64,000 nucleotides of DNA from Balanoglossus misakiensis (GCA_040954595.2 CM082585.2:8075304-8139303); one strand, 5' to 3'. Shown: positions 50,501 to 64,000, counted from the first letter of the stretch. Numbers and translations are program-made. The notes: a model not told the origin generated them from the sequence alone.

Positions 50501-53500
50501 GTCGAAAAATTGACATTTCTGGATGATTTTCATGAGCTATAACCCATGGTTTTTATCCAAAAACCACCAAATTTTGAAATTTCGCGAAGTCGAAAAATTG
50601 ACATTTCTGGATGATTTTCATGAGCTATAACCCATGGTTTTTATCCAAAAACCACCAAATTTTGAAATTGCGCGAAGTCGAAAAATTGACATTTCTGGAT
50701 GATTTTCATGAGCTATAACCATGGTTTTTATCCAAAAACCACCAAATTTTGAAATTTCGCGAAGTCGAAAAATTGACATTTCTGGATGATTTTCATGAGC
50801 CATGGTTTTTATCCAAAAACCACCAAATTTTGAAATTTCGCGAAGTCGAAAAATTGACATTTCTGGATGATTTTCATGAGCTATAACCCATGGTTTTTAT
50901 CTAAAAACCACCAAATTTTGAAATTTCGCGAAGTCGAAAAATTGACATTTCTGGATGATTTTCATGAGCTATAACCCATGGTTTTTATCCAAAAACCACC
51001 AAATTTTGAAATTTCGCGAAGTCGAAAAATTGACATTTCTGGATGATTTTCATGAGCTATAACCCATGGTTTTTATCCAAAAACCACCAAATTTTGAAAT
51101 TTCGCGAAGTCGAAAAATTGACATTTCTGGATGATTTTCATGAGCTATAACCCATGGTTTTTATCCAAAAACCACCAAATTTTGAAATTTCGCGAAGTCG
51201 AAAAATTGACATTTCTGGATGATTTTCATGAGCTATAACCCATGGTTTTTATCCAAAAACCACCAAATTTTGAAATTTCGCGAAGTCGAAAAATTGACAT
51301 TTCTGGATGATTTTCATGAGCTATAACCCATGGTTTTTATCCAAAAACCACCAAATTTTGAAATTTCGCGAAGTCGAAAAATTGACATTTCTGGATGATT
51401 TTCATGAGCTATAACCCATGGTTTTTATCCAAAAACCACCAAATTTTGAAATTTCGCGAAGTCGAAAAATTGACATTTCTGGATGATTTTCATGAGCTAT
51501 AACCCATGGTTTTTATCCAAAAACCACCAAATTTTGAAATTTCGCGAAGTCGAAAAATTGACATTTCTGGATGATTTTCATGAGCTATAACCCATGGTTT
51601 TTATCCAAAAACCACCAAATTTTGAAATTTCGCGAAGTCGAAAAATTGACATTTCTGGATGATTTTCATGAGCTATAACCCATGGTTTTTTCCAAAAACC
51701 ACCAAATTTTGAAATTCGCGAAGTCGAAAAATTGACATTTCTGGATGATTTTCATGAGCTATAACCCATGGTTTTTATCCAAAAACCACCAAATTTTGAA
51801 ATTTCGCGAAGTCGAAAAATTGACATTTCTGGATGATTTTCATGAGCTATAACCCATAGTTTTTATCCAAAAACCACCAAATTTTGAAATTTCGCGAAGT
51901 CGAAAAATTGACATTTCTGGATGATTTTCATGAGCTATAACCCATGGTTTTTATCCAAAAACTTCCAAATTTTGAAATTTCGCGAAGTCGAAAAATTGAC
52001 ATTTCTGGATGATTTTCATGAGCTATAACCCATGGTTTTTATCCAAAAACCACCAAATTTTGAAATTTCGCGAAGTCGAAAAATTGACATTTCTGGATGA
52101 TTTTCATGAGCTATAACCCATGGTTTTTATCCAAAAACACCAAATTTTGAAATTTCGCGAAGTCGAAAAATTGACATTTCTGGATGATTTTCATGAGCTA
52201 TAACCCATGGTTTTTATCCAAAACCGCCAAATTTTGAAATTTCGCAAAGTCGAAAAATTGACATTTCTGGATGATTTTCATGAGCTATAACCCATGGTTT
52301 TTATCCAAAAACCACCAAATTTTGAAATTTCGCGAAGTCGAAAAATTGACATTTCTGGATGATTTTCATAAGCTATAACCCATGGTTTTTATCCAAAAAC
52401 CACCAAATTTTGAAATTTCGCGAAGTCGAAAAATTGACATTTCTGGATGATTTTCATTAGCTATAACCCATGGTTTTTATCCAAAAACCACCAAATTTTG
52501 AAATTTCGCGATGTCGAAAAATTGACATTTCTGGATGATTTTTCATGAGCTATAACCCATGGTTTTTATCCAAAAACCACCAAATTTTGAAATTTCGCGA
52601 TGTCGAAAAATTGACATTTCTGGATGATTTTCATGAGCTATAACCCATGGTTTTTATCCAAAAACCACCAAATTTGAAATTTCGCGAAGTCGAAAAATTG
52701 ACATTTCTGGATGATTTTCATAAGCTATAACCCATGGTTTTTATCCAAAAACCACCAAATTTTGAAATTTCGCGAAGTCGAAAAATTGACATTTCTGGAT
52801 GATTTTCATGAGCTATAACCCATGGTTTTTATCCAAAAACCACCAAATTTTGAAATTTCGCGAAGTCGAAAAATTGACATTTCTGGATGATTTTCATGAG
52901 CTATAACCCATGGTTTTTATCCAAAAACCACCAAATTTTGAAATTTCGCGAAGTCGAAAAATTGACATTTCTGGATGATTTTCATGAGCTATAACCCATG
53001 GTTTTTATCCAAAAACCACCAAATTTTGAAATTTCGCGAAGTCGAAAAATTGACATTTCTGGATGATTTTCATGAGCTATAACCCATGGTTTTTATCCAA
53101 AAACCACCAAATTTTGAAATTTCGCGAAGTCGAAAAATTGACATTTCTGGATGATTTTCATGAGCTATAACCCATGGTTTTTATCCAAAAACCACCAAAT
53201 TTAGAAATTTCGCGAAGTCGAAAAATTGACATTTCTGGATGATTTTCATGAGCTATAACCCATGGTTTTTATCCAAAAACCACCAAATTTTGAAATTTCG
53301 CGAAGTCGAAAAATTGACATTTCTGGATGATTTTCATGAGCTATAACCCATGGTTTTTATCCAAAAACCACCAAATTTTGAAATTTCGCGAAGTCGAAAA
53401 ATTGACATTTCTGGATGATTTTCATGAGCTATAACCCATGGTTTTTATCCAAAAACCACCAAATTTTGAAATTTCGCGAAGTCGAAAAATTGACATTTCT

Positions 53501-55217
53501 GGATGATTTTCATGAGCTATAACCCATGGTTTTTATCCAAAAACCACCAAATTTTGAAATTCGCGAAGTCGAAAAATTGACATTTCTGGATGATTTTCAT
53601 GAGCTATAACCCATGGTTTTTATCCAAAAACCACCAAATTTTGAAATTTCGCGAAGTCGAAAAATTGACATTTCTGGATGATTTTCATGAACTATAACCC
53701 ATGTTTTTTTCCAAAAACCACCAAATTTTGAAATTTCGCGATGTCGAAAAATTGACATTTCTGGATGATTTTCATGAGCTATAACCCATGGTTTTTATCC
53801 AAAAACCACCAAATTTTGAAATTTCGCGATGTCGAAAAATTGACATTTCTGGATGATTTTTATGAGCTATAACCCATGGTTTTTATCCAAAAACCACCAA
53901 ATTTTGAAATTTCGCGAAGTCGAAAAATTGACATTTCTGGATTATTTTCATGAGCTATAACCCATGGTTTGTATCCAAAAACCACCAAATTTTGAAATTT
54001 CGCGAAGTCGAAAAATTGACATTTCTGGATGATTTTCATGAGCTATAACCCATGGTTTTTATCCAAAAACCACCAAATTTTGAAATTTCGCGAAGTCGAA
54101 AAATTGACATTTCTGGATGATTTTCATGAGCTATAACCCATGGTTTTTATCCAAAAACCACCAAATTTTGAAATTTCGCGAAGTCGAAAAATTGACATTT
54201 CTGGATGATTTTCATGAGCTATAACCCATGGTTTTTATCCAAAAACCACCAAATTTTGAAATTTCGCGAAGTCGAAAAATTGACATTTCTGGATGATTTT
54301 CATGAGCTATAACCCATGGTTTTTATCCAAAAACCACCAAATTTTGAAATTTCGCGAAGTCGAAAAATTGACATTTCTGGATGATTTTCATGAGCCATGG
54401 TTTTTATCCAAAAACCACCAAATTTTGAAATTTCGCGAAGTCGAAAAATTGACATTTCTGGATGATTTTCATGAGCTATAACCCATGGTTTTTATCCAAA
54501 AACCACCAAATTTTGAAATTTCGCGAAGTCGAAAAATTGACATTTCTGGATGATTTTCATGAGCTATAACCCATGGTTTTTATCCAAAAACCACCAAATT
54601 TTGAAATTTCGCGAAGTCGAAAAATTGACATTTCTGGATGATTTTCATGAGCTATAACCCATGGTTTTTATCCAAAAACCACCAAATTTTGAAATTTCGC
54701 GAAGTCGAAAAATTGACATTTCTGGATGATTTTCATGAGCTATAACCCATGGTTTTTATCCGAAAACCACCAAATTTTGAAATTTCGCGAAGTCGAAAAA
54801 TTGTCATTTCTGGATGATTTTCATGAACTATAACCCATGGTTTTTATCCGAAAACCACCAAATTTTGAAATTTCGCGAAGTCGAAAAATTGTCATTTCTG
54901 GATGATTTTCATGAACTATAACCCATGGTTTTTATCCGAAAACCACCAAATTTTGAAATTTCGCGAAGTCGAAAAATTGACATTTCTGGATGATTTTCAT
55001 GAGCTATAACCCATGGTTTTTATCCGAAAACCATCAAATTTTGAAATTTCGCGAAGTCGAAAAATTGACATTTCTGGATGATTTTCATGAGCTATAACCC
55101 ATGGTTTTTATCCAAAAACCACCAAATTTTTGAAATTTCGCGAAGTCGAAAAATTGACATTTCTGGATGATTTTCATGAGCTATAACCCATGGTTTTTAT
55201 CCAAAACCACCAAATTT
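41504..55217 (+). repeat. 88-bp satellite DNA array, left arm (~156 copies)
   Basis: Monomer GAGCTATAACCCATGGTTTTTATCCAAAAACCACCAAATTTTGAAATTTCGCGAAGTCGAAAAATTGACATTTCTGGATGATTTTCAT; line pattern recurs every 1320 nt (15 x 88). First ~3 units are diverged, interior units are near-identical. Confidence 0.99.
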
Positions 55218-58200
55218 CGATTTTTGAAAAAAAACATGGGTTATAGCTCATGAAAATCATCCAGAAATGTCAATTTTTCGACTTCGCGAAATTTCAAAAT
55301 TTGGTGGTTTTTGGATAAAAAACCATGGGTTATAGCTCATGAAAATCATCCAGAAATGTCAATTTTTCGACTTCGCGAAATTTCAAAATTTGGTGGTTTT
55401 TGGATAAAAACCATGGGTTATAGCTCATGAAAATCATCCAGAAATGTCAATTTTTCGACTTCGCGAAATTTCAAAATTTGGTGGTTTTTGGATAAAAACC
55501 ATGGGTTATAGCTCATGAAAATCATCCAGAAATGTCAATTTTTCGACTTCGCGAAATTTCAAAATTTGGTGGTTTTTGGATAAAAACCATGGGTTATAGC
55601 TCATGAAAATCATCCAGAAATGTCAATTTTTCGACTTCGCGAAATTTCAAAATTTGGTGGTTTTTGGATAAAAACCATGGGTTATAGCTCATGAAAATCA
55701 TCCAGAAATGTCAATTTTTCGACTTCGCGAAATTTCAAAATTTGGTGGTTTTTGGATAAAAACCATGGGTTATAGCTCATGAAAATCATCCAGAAATGTC
55801 AATTTTTCGACTTCGCGAAATTTCAAAATTTGGTGGTTTTGGATAAAAACCATGGGTTATAGCTCATGAAAATCATCCAGAAATGTCAATTTTTCGACTT
55901 CGCGAAATTTCAAAATTTGGTGGTTTTTGGATAAAAACCATGGGTTATAGCTCATGAAAATCATCCAGAAATGTCAATTTTTCGACTTCGCGAAATTTCA
56001 AAATTTGGTGGTTTTTGGATAAAAACCATGGGTTATAGCTCATGAAAATCATCCAGAAATGTCAATTTTTCGACTTCGCGAAATTTCAAAATTTGGTGGT
56101 TTTTGGATAAAAACCATGGGTTATAGCTCATGAAAATCATCCAGAAATGTCAATTTTTCGACTTCGCGAAATTTCAAAATTTGGTGGTTTTTGGATAAAA
56201 ACCATGGGTTATAGCTCATGAAAATCATCCAGAAATGTCAATTTTTCGACTTCGCGAAATTTCAAAATTTGGTGGGTTTTGGATAAAAACCATGGGTTAT
56301 AGCTCATGAAAATCATCCAGAAATGTCAATTTTTCGACTTCGCGAAATTTCAAAATTTGGTGGTTTTTGGATAAAAACCATGGGTTATAGCTCATGAAAA
56401 TCATCCAGAAATGTCAATTTTTTCGACTTCGCGAAATTTCAAAATTTGGTGGTTTTGGATAAAAACCATGGGTTATAGCTCATGAAAATCATCCAGAAAT
56501 GTCAATTTTTCGACTTCGCGAAATTTCAAAATTTGGTGGTTTTTGGATAAAAACCATGGGTTATAGCTCATGAAAATCATCCAGAAATGTCAATTTTTCG
56601 ACTTCGCGAAATTTCAAAATTTGGTGGTTTTTGGATAAAAACCATGGGTTATAGCTCATGAAAATCATCCAGAAATGTCAATTTTTCGACTTCGCGAAAT
56701 TTCAAAATTTGGTGGTTTTTGGATAAAAACCATGGGTTATAGCTCATGAAAATCATCCAGAAATGTCAATTTTTCGACTTCGCGAAATTTCAAAATTTGG
56801 TGGTTTTTGGATAAAAACCATGGGTTATAGCTCATGAAAATCATCCAGAAATGTCAATTTTTCGACTTCGCGAAATTTCAAAATTTGGTGGTTTTTGGAT
56901 AAAAACCATGGGTTATAGCTCATGAAAATCATCCAGAAATGTCAATTTTTCGACTTCGCGAAATTTCAAAATTTGGTGGTTTTTGGATAAAAACCATGGG
57001 TTATAGCTCATGAAAATCATCCAGAAATGTCAATTTTTCGACTTCGCGAAATTTCAAAATTTGGTGGTTTTTGGATAAAAACCATGGCTCATGAAAATCA
57101 TCCAGAAATGTCAATTTTTCGACTTCGCGAAATTTCAAAATTTGGTGGTTTTTGGATAAAAACCATGGGTTATAGCTCATGAAAATCATCCAGAAATGTC
57201 AATTTTTCGACTTCGCGAAATTTCAAAATTTGGTGGTTTTTGGATAAAAACCATGGGTTATAGCTCATGAAAATCATCCCAGAAATGTCAATTTTTCGAC
57301 TTCGCGAAATTTCAAAATTTGGTGGTTTTTGGATAAAAACCATGGGTTATAGCTCATGAAAATCATCCAGAAATGTCAATTTTTCGACTTCGCGAAATTT
57401 CAAAATTTGGTGGTTTTTGGATAAAAACCATGGGTTATAGCTCATGAAAATCATCCAGAAATGTCAATTTTTCGACTTCGCGAAATTTCAAAATTTGGTG
57501 GTTTTTGGATAAAAACCATGGGTTATAGCTCATGAAAATCATCCAGAAATGTCAATTTTTCGACTTCGCGAAATTTCAAAATTTGGTGGTTTTTGGATAA
57601 AAACCATGGGTTATAGCTCATGAAAATCATCCAGAAATGTCAATTTTTCGACTTCGCGAAATTTCAAAATTTGGTGGTTTTAGGATAAAAACCATGGGTT
57701 ATAGCTCATGAAAATCATCCAGAAATGTCAATTTTTCGACTTCGCGAAATTTCAAATTTGGTGGTTTTTGGATAAAAACCATGGGTTATAGCTCATGAAA
57801 ATCATCCAGAAATGTCAATTTTTCGACTACGCGAAATTTCAAAATTTGGTGGTTTTTGGATAAAAACCATGGGTTATAGCTCATGAAAATCATCCAGAAA
57901 TGTCAATTTTTCGACTTCGCGAAATTTTAAAATTTGGTGGGTTTTGGATAAAAACCATGGGTTATAGCTCATGAAAATCATCCAGAAATGTCAATTTTTC
58001 GACTTCGCGAAATTTCAAAAATTTGGTGGTTTTTGGATAAAAACCATGGGTTATAGCTCATGAAAATCATCCAGAAATGTCAATTTTTCGACTTCGCGAA
58101 ATTTCAAAATTTGGTGGTTTTTGGATAAAAACCGTGGGTTATAGCTCATGAAAATCATCCAGAAATGTCAATTTTTCGACTTCGCGAAATTTCAAAATTT

Positions 58201-61200
58201 GGTGGTTTTTGGATAAAAACCGTGGGTTATAGCTCATGAAAATCATCCAGAAATGTCAATTTTCGACTTCGCGAAATTTCAAAATTTGGTGGTTTTTGGA
58301 TAAAAACCATGGGTTATAGCTCATGAAAATCATCCAGAAATGTCAATTTTTCGACTTCGCGAAATTTCAAAATTTGGTGGTTTTTGGATAAAAACCATGG
58401 GTTATAGCTCATGAAAATCATCCAGAAATGTCAATTTTTCGACTTCGCGAAATTTCAATATTTGGTGGTTTTTGGATAAAAACCATGGGTTATAGCTCAT
58501 GAAAATCATCCAGAAATGTCAATTTTTCGACTTCGCGAAATTTCAAAATTTGGTGGTTTTTGGATAAAAACCATGGGTTATAGCTCATGAAAATCATCCA
58601 GAAATGTCAATTTTTCGACTTCGCGAAATTTCAAAATTTGGTGGTTTTAGGATAAAAACCATGGGTTATAGCTCATGAAAATCATCCAGAAATGTCAATT
58701 TTTCGACTTCGCGAAATTTCAAAATTTGGTGGTTTTTGGATAAAAACCATGGGTTATAGCTCATGAAAATCATCCAGAAATGTCAATTTTTCGACTTCGC
58801 GAAATTTCAAAATTTGGTGGTTTTTGGATAAAAACCATGGGTTATAGCTCATGAAAATCATCCAGAAATGTCAATTTTCGACTTCGCGAAATTTCAAAAT
58901 TTGGTGGTTTTTGGATAAAAACCATGGGTTATAGCTCATGAAAATCATCCAGAAATGTCAATTTTTCGACTTCGCGAATTTCAAAATTTGGTGGTTTTTG
59001 GATAAAAACCATGGGTTATAGCTCATGAAAATCATCCAGAAATGTCAATTTTTCGACTTCGCGAAATTTCAAAATTTGGTGGTTTTTGGATAAAAACCAT
59101 GGGTTATAGCTCATGAAAATCATCCAGAAATGTCAATTTTTCGACTTCGCGAAATTTCAAAATTTGGTGGTTTTTGGATAAAAACCATGGGTTATAGCTC
59201 ATGAAAATCATCCAGAAATGTCAATTTTTCGACTTCGCGAAATTTCAAAATTTGGTGGTTTTTGGATAAAAACCATGGGTTATAGCTCATGAAAATCATC
59301 CAGAAATGTCAATTTTTCGACTTCGCGAAATTTCAAAATTTGGTGGTTTTTGGATAAAAACCATGGGTTATAGCTCATGAAAATCATCCAGAAATGTCAA
59401 TTTTTCGACTTCGCGAAATTTCAAAATTTGGTGGTTTTTGGATAAAAACCATGGGTTATAGCTCATGAAAATCATCCAGAAATGTCAATTTTTCGACTTC
59501 GCGAAATTTCAAAATTTGGTGGTTTTTGGATAAAAACCATGGGTTATAGCTCATGAAAATCATCCAGAAATGTCAATTTTTCGACTTCGCGAAATTTCAA
59601 AATTTGGCGGTTTTTGGATAAAAACCATGGGTTATAGCTCATGAAAATCATCCAGAAATGTCAATTTTTCGACTTCGCGAAATTTCAAAATTTGGCGGTT
59701 TTTGGATAAAAACCATGGGTTATAGCTCATGAAAATCATCCAGAAATGTCAATTTTTCGACTTCGCGAAATTTCAAAATTTGGTGGTTTTTGGATAAAAA
59801 CCATGGGTTATAGCTCATGAAAATCATCCAGAAATGTCAATTTTTCGACTTCGCGAAATTTCAAAATTTGGTGGTTTTTGGATAAAAACCATGGGTTATA
59901 GCTCATGAAAATCATCCAGAAATGTCAATTTTTCGACTTCGCGAAATTTCAAAATTTGGTGGTTTTTGGATAAAAACCATGGGTTATAGCTCATGAAAAT
60001 CATCCAGAAATGTCAATTTTTCGACTTCGCGAAATTTCAAAATTTGGTGGGTTTTGGATAAAAACCATGGGTTATAGCTCATGAAAATCATCCAGAAATG
60101 TCAATTTTTCGACTTCGCGAAATTTCAAAATTTGGTGGTTTTTGGATAAAAACCATGGGTTATAGCTCATGAAAATCATCCAGAAATGTCAATTTTTCGA
60201 CTTCGCGAAATTTCAAAATTTGGTGGTTTTTGGATAAAAACCGTGGGTTATAGCTCATGAAAATCATCCAGAAATGTCAATTTTTCGACTTCGCGAAATT
60301 TCTAAATTTGGTGGTTTTTGGATAAAAACCATGGGTTATAGCTCATGAAAATCATCCAGAAATGTCAATTTTTCGACTTCGCGAAATTTCAAAATTTGGT
60401 GGTTTTTGGATAAAAACCATGGGTTATAGCTCATGAAAATCATCCAGAAATGTCAATTTTTCGACTTCGCGAAATTTCAAAATTTGGTGGTTTTTGGATA
60501 AAAACCATGGGTTATAGCTCATGAAAATCATCCAGAAATGTCAATTTTTCGACTTCGCGAAATTTCAAAATTTGGTGGTTTTTGGATAAAAACCATGGGT
60601 TATAGCTCATGAAAATCATCCAGAAATGTCAATTTTTCGACTTCGCGAAATTTCAAAATTTGGTGGTTTTAGGATAAAAACCATGGGTTATAGCTCATGA
60701 AAATCATCCAGAAATGTCAATTTTTCGACTTCGCGAAATTTCAAAATTTGGTGGTTTTTGGATAAAAACCATGGGTTATAGCTCATGAAAATCATCCAGA
60801 AATGTCAATTTTTCGACTTCGCGAAATTTCAAAATTTGGTGGTTTTTGGATAAAAACCATGGGTTATAGCTCATGAAAATCATCCAGAAATGTCAATTTT
60901 TCGACTTCGCGAAATTTCAAAATTTGGTGGTTTTTGGATAAAAACCATGGGTTATAGCTCATGAAAATCATCCAGAAATGTCAATTTTCGACTTCGCGAA
61001 ATTTCAAAATTTGGTGGTTTTTGGATAAAAACCATGGGTTATAGCTCATGAAAATCATCCAGAAATGTCAATTTTTCGACTTCGCGAAATTTCAAAATTT
61101 GGTGGTTTTTGGATAAAAACCATGGGTTATAGCTCATGAAAATCATCCAGAAATGTCAATTTTTCGACTTCGCGAAATTTCAAAAATTTGGTGGTTTTTG

Positions 61201-64000
61201 GATAAAAACCATGGGTTATAGCTCATGAAAATCATCCAGAAATGTCAATTTTTCGACTTCGCGAAATTTCAAAATTTGGTGGTTTTTGGATAAAAACCAT
61301 GGGTTATAGCTCATGAAAATCATCCAGAAATGTCAATTTTTCGACTTCGCGAAATTTCAAAATTTGGTGGTTTTTGGATAAAAACCATGGGTTATAGCTC
61401 ATGAAAATCATCCAGAAATGTCAATTTTTCGACTTCGCGAAATTTCAAAATTTGGTGGTTTTTGGATAAAAACCATGGGTTATAGCTCATGAAAATCATC
61501 CAGAAATGTCAATTTTTCGACTTCGCGAAATTTCAAAATTTGGTGGTTTTTGGATAAAAACCATGGTTATAGCTCATGAAAATCATCCAGAAATGTCAAT
61601 TTTTCGACTTCGCGAAATTTCAAAATTTGGTGGTTTTTGGATAAAAACATGGGTTATAGCTCATGAAAATCATCCAGAAATGTCAATTTTTCGACTTCGC
61701 GAAATTTCAAAATTTGGCGGTTTTTTGGATAAAAACCATGGGTTATAGCTCATGAAAATCATCCAGAAATGTCAATTTTTCGACTTCGCGAAATTTCAAA
61801 ATTTGGCGGTTTTTGGATAAAAACCATGGGTTATAGCTCATGAAAATCATCCAGAAATGTCAATTTTTCGACTTCGCGAAATTTCAAAATTTGGCGGTTT
61901 TTTGGATAAAACCATGGGTTATAGCTCATGAAAATCATCCAGAAATGTCAATTTTTCGACTTCGCGAAATTTCAAAATTTGGTGGTTTTTGGATAAAAAC
62001 CATGGGTTATAGCTCATGAAAATCATCCAGAAATGTCAATTTTTCGACTTCGCGAAATTTCAAAATTTGGTGGTTTTTGGATAAAAACCATGGGTTATAG
62101 CTCATGAAAATCATCCAGAAATGTCAATTTTTCGACTTCGCGAAATTTCAAAATTTGGCGGTTTTTGGATAAAAACCATGGGTTATAGCTCATGAAAATC
62201 ATCCAGAAATGTCAATTTTTCGACTTCGCGAAATTTCAAAATTTGGCGGTTTTTGGATAAAAACCATGGGTTATAGCTCATGAAAATCATCCAGAAATGT
62301 CAATTTTTCGACTTCGCGAAATTTCAAAATTTTGGCGGTTTTTGGATAAAAACCATGGGTTATAGCTCATGAAAATCATCCAGAAATGTCAATTTTTCGA
62401 CTTCGCGAAATTTCAAAATTTGTGGTTTTTGGATAAAAACCATGGGTTATAGCTCATGAAAATCATCCAGAAATGTCAATTTTTCGACTTCGCGAAATTT
62501 CAAAATTTGGTGGTTTTTGGATAAAAACCATGGGTTATAGCTCATGAAAATCATCCAGAAATGTCAATTTTTCGACTTCGCGAAATTTCAAAATTTGGTG
62601 GTTTTTGGATAAAAACCATGGGTTATAGCTCATGAAAATCATCCAGAAATGTCAATTTTTCGACTTCGCGAAATTTCAAAATTTGGTGGTTTTTGGATAA
62701 AAACCATGGGTTATAGCTCATGAAAATCATCCAGAAATGTCAATTTTTCGACTTCGCGAAATTTCAAAATTTGGCGGTTTTTGGATAAAAACCATGGGTT
62801 ATAGCTCATGAAAATCATCCAGAAATGTCAATTTTTCGACTTCGCGAAATTTCAAAATTTGGCGGTTTTTGGATAAAAACATGGGTTATAGCTCATGAAA
62901 ATCATCCAGAAATGTCAATTTTTCGACTTCGCGAAATTTCAAAATTTGGTGGTTTTTGGATAAAAACCATGGGTTATAGCTCATGAAAATCATCCAGAAA
63001 TGTCAATTTTTCGACTTCGCGAAATTTCAAAATTTGGTGGTTTTTGGATAAAAACCATGGGTTATAGCTCATGAAATCATCCAGAAATGTCAATTTTTCG
63101 ACTTCGCGAAATTTCAAAATTTGGCGGTTTTTGGATAAAAACCATGGGTTATAGCTCATGAAAATCATCCAGAAATGTCAATTTTTCGACTTCGCGAAAT
63201 TTCAAAATTTGGTGGTTTTTGGATAAAAACCATGGGTTATAGCTCATGAAAATCATCCAGAAATGTCAATTTTTCGACTTCGCGAAATTTCAAAATTTGG
63301 TGGTTTTTGGATAAAAACCATGGGTTATAGCTCATGAAAATCATCCAGAAATGTCAATTTTTCGACTTCGCGAAATTTCAAAATTTGGTGGTTTTTGGAT
63401 AAAAACCATGGGTTATAGCTCATGAAAATCATCCAGAAATGTCAATTTTTCGACTTCGCGAAATTTCAAAATTTGGCGGTTTTTGGATAAAAACCATGGG
63501 TTATAGCTCATGAAAATCATCCAGAAATGTCAATTTTTCGACTTCGCGAAATTTCAAAATTTGGTGGTTTTTGGATAAAAACCATGGGTTATAGCTCATG
63601 AAAATCATCCAGAAATGTCAATTTTTCGACTTCGCGAAATTTCAAAATTTGGTGGTTTTTGGATAAAAACCATGGGTTATAGCTCATGAAAATCATCCAG
63701 AAATGTCAATTTTTCGACTTCGCGAAATTTCAAAATTTGGCGGTTTTTGGATAAAAACCATGGGTTATAGCTCATGAAAATCATCCAGAAATGTCAATTT
63801 TTCGACTTCGCGAAATTTCAAAATTTGGCGGTTTTTGGATAAAAACCATGGGTTATAGCTCATGAAAATCATCCAGAAATGTCAATTTTTCGACTTCGCG
63901 AAATTTCAAAATTTGGCGGTTTTTGGGATAAAAACCCTGTGTATAGCTCTTGAAAATCATCCAAAAATGTCAATTTTCGACTTCGCGAAATTTCAAAATT
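55218..64000 (-). repeat. 88-bp satellite DNA array, inverted right arm (~100 copies, continues to window end)
   Basis: Reverse complement of the same monomer (ATGAAAATCATCCAGAAATGTCAATTTTTCGACTTCGCGAAATTTCAAAATTTGGTGGTTTTTGGATAAAAACCATGGGTTATAGCTC) starts right after 55217; the last unit (63920-64000) is diverged. Confidence 0.99.

Noticed and set aside
50618-63168. Repetitive ORFs in the satellite (MSIFRLREISKFGG.., MIFMSYNPWFLSK..)
   Set aside because: 88 is not a multiple of 3; these ORFs appear only where indels transiently remove stops.
45400-63900. Scattered 1-bp indels in homopolymer runs as real satellite variants
   Set aside because: Pattern is typical of long-read consensus error; only recurrent substitutions and the 7-bp deletion were used as evidence.
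41504-64000. CRISPR array interpretation of the regular repeats
   Set aside because: Units are contiguous near-identical 88-mers with no unique spacers, no cas genes, and the context is eukaryotic.

Overview
Animal (eukaryotic) genomic DNA, probably from a marine invertebrate (inference from intron sizes, repeat motifs and protein similarity). Bases 1-41.3 kb hold four genes that can be fully spliced from the sequence: the last 13 coding exons of CASK (+), a complete 9-exon class II CPD photolyase (-), a divergent heparan sulfate 3-O-sulfotransferase-like gene with a single coding exon (+), and a complete 8-exon ASCC1 (+). About 200 bp after the ASCC1 poly(A) signal an 88-bp satellite begins and runs to the window end (~255 copies). 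It switches orientation abruptly at ~55,217, forming a large inverted pair of arms. The junction monomer matches the diverged variant otherwise seen at the left border of the array. Other notable points: an adjacent E-box plus consensus D-box upstream of the photolyase, a possible mitochondrial/nuclear dual-start N-terminus on the photolyase, a GC-AG intron, uORFs and altered substrate residues in the sulfotransferase, clustered nuclear-receptor DR1/DR4 elements in CASK introns, and TTAA-flanked MITEs. No tRNA, rRNA or CRISPR array was recognised.
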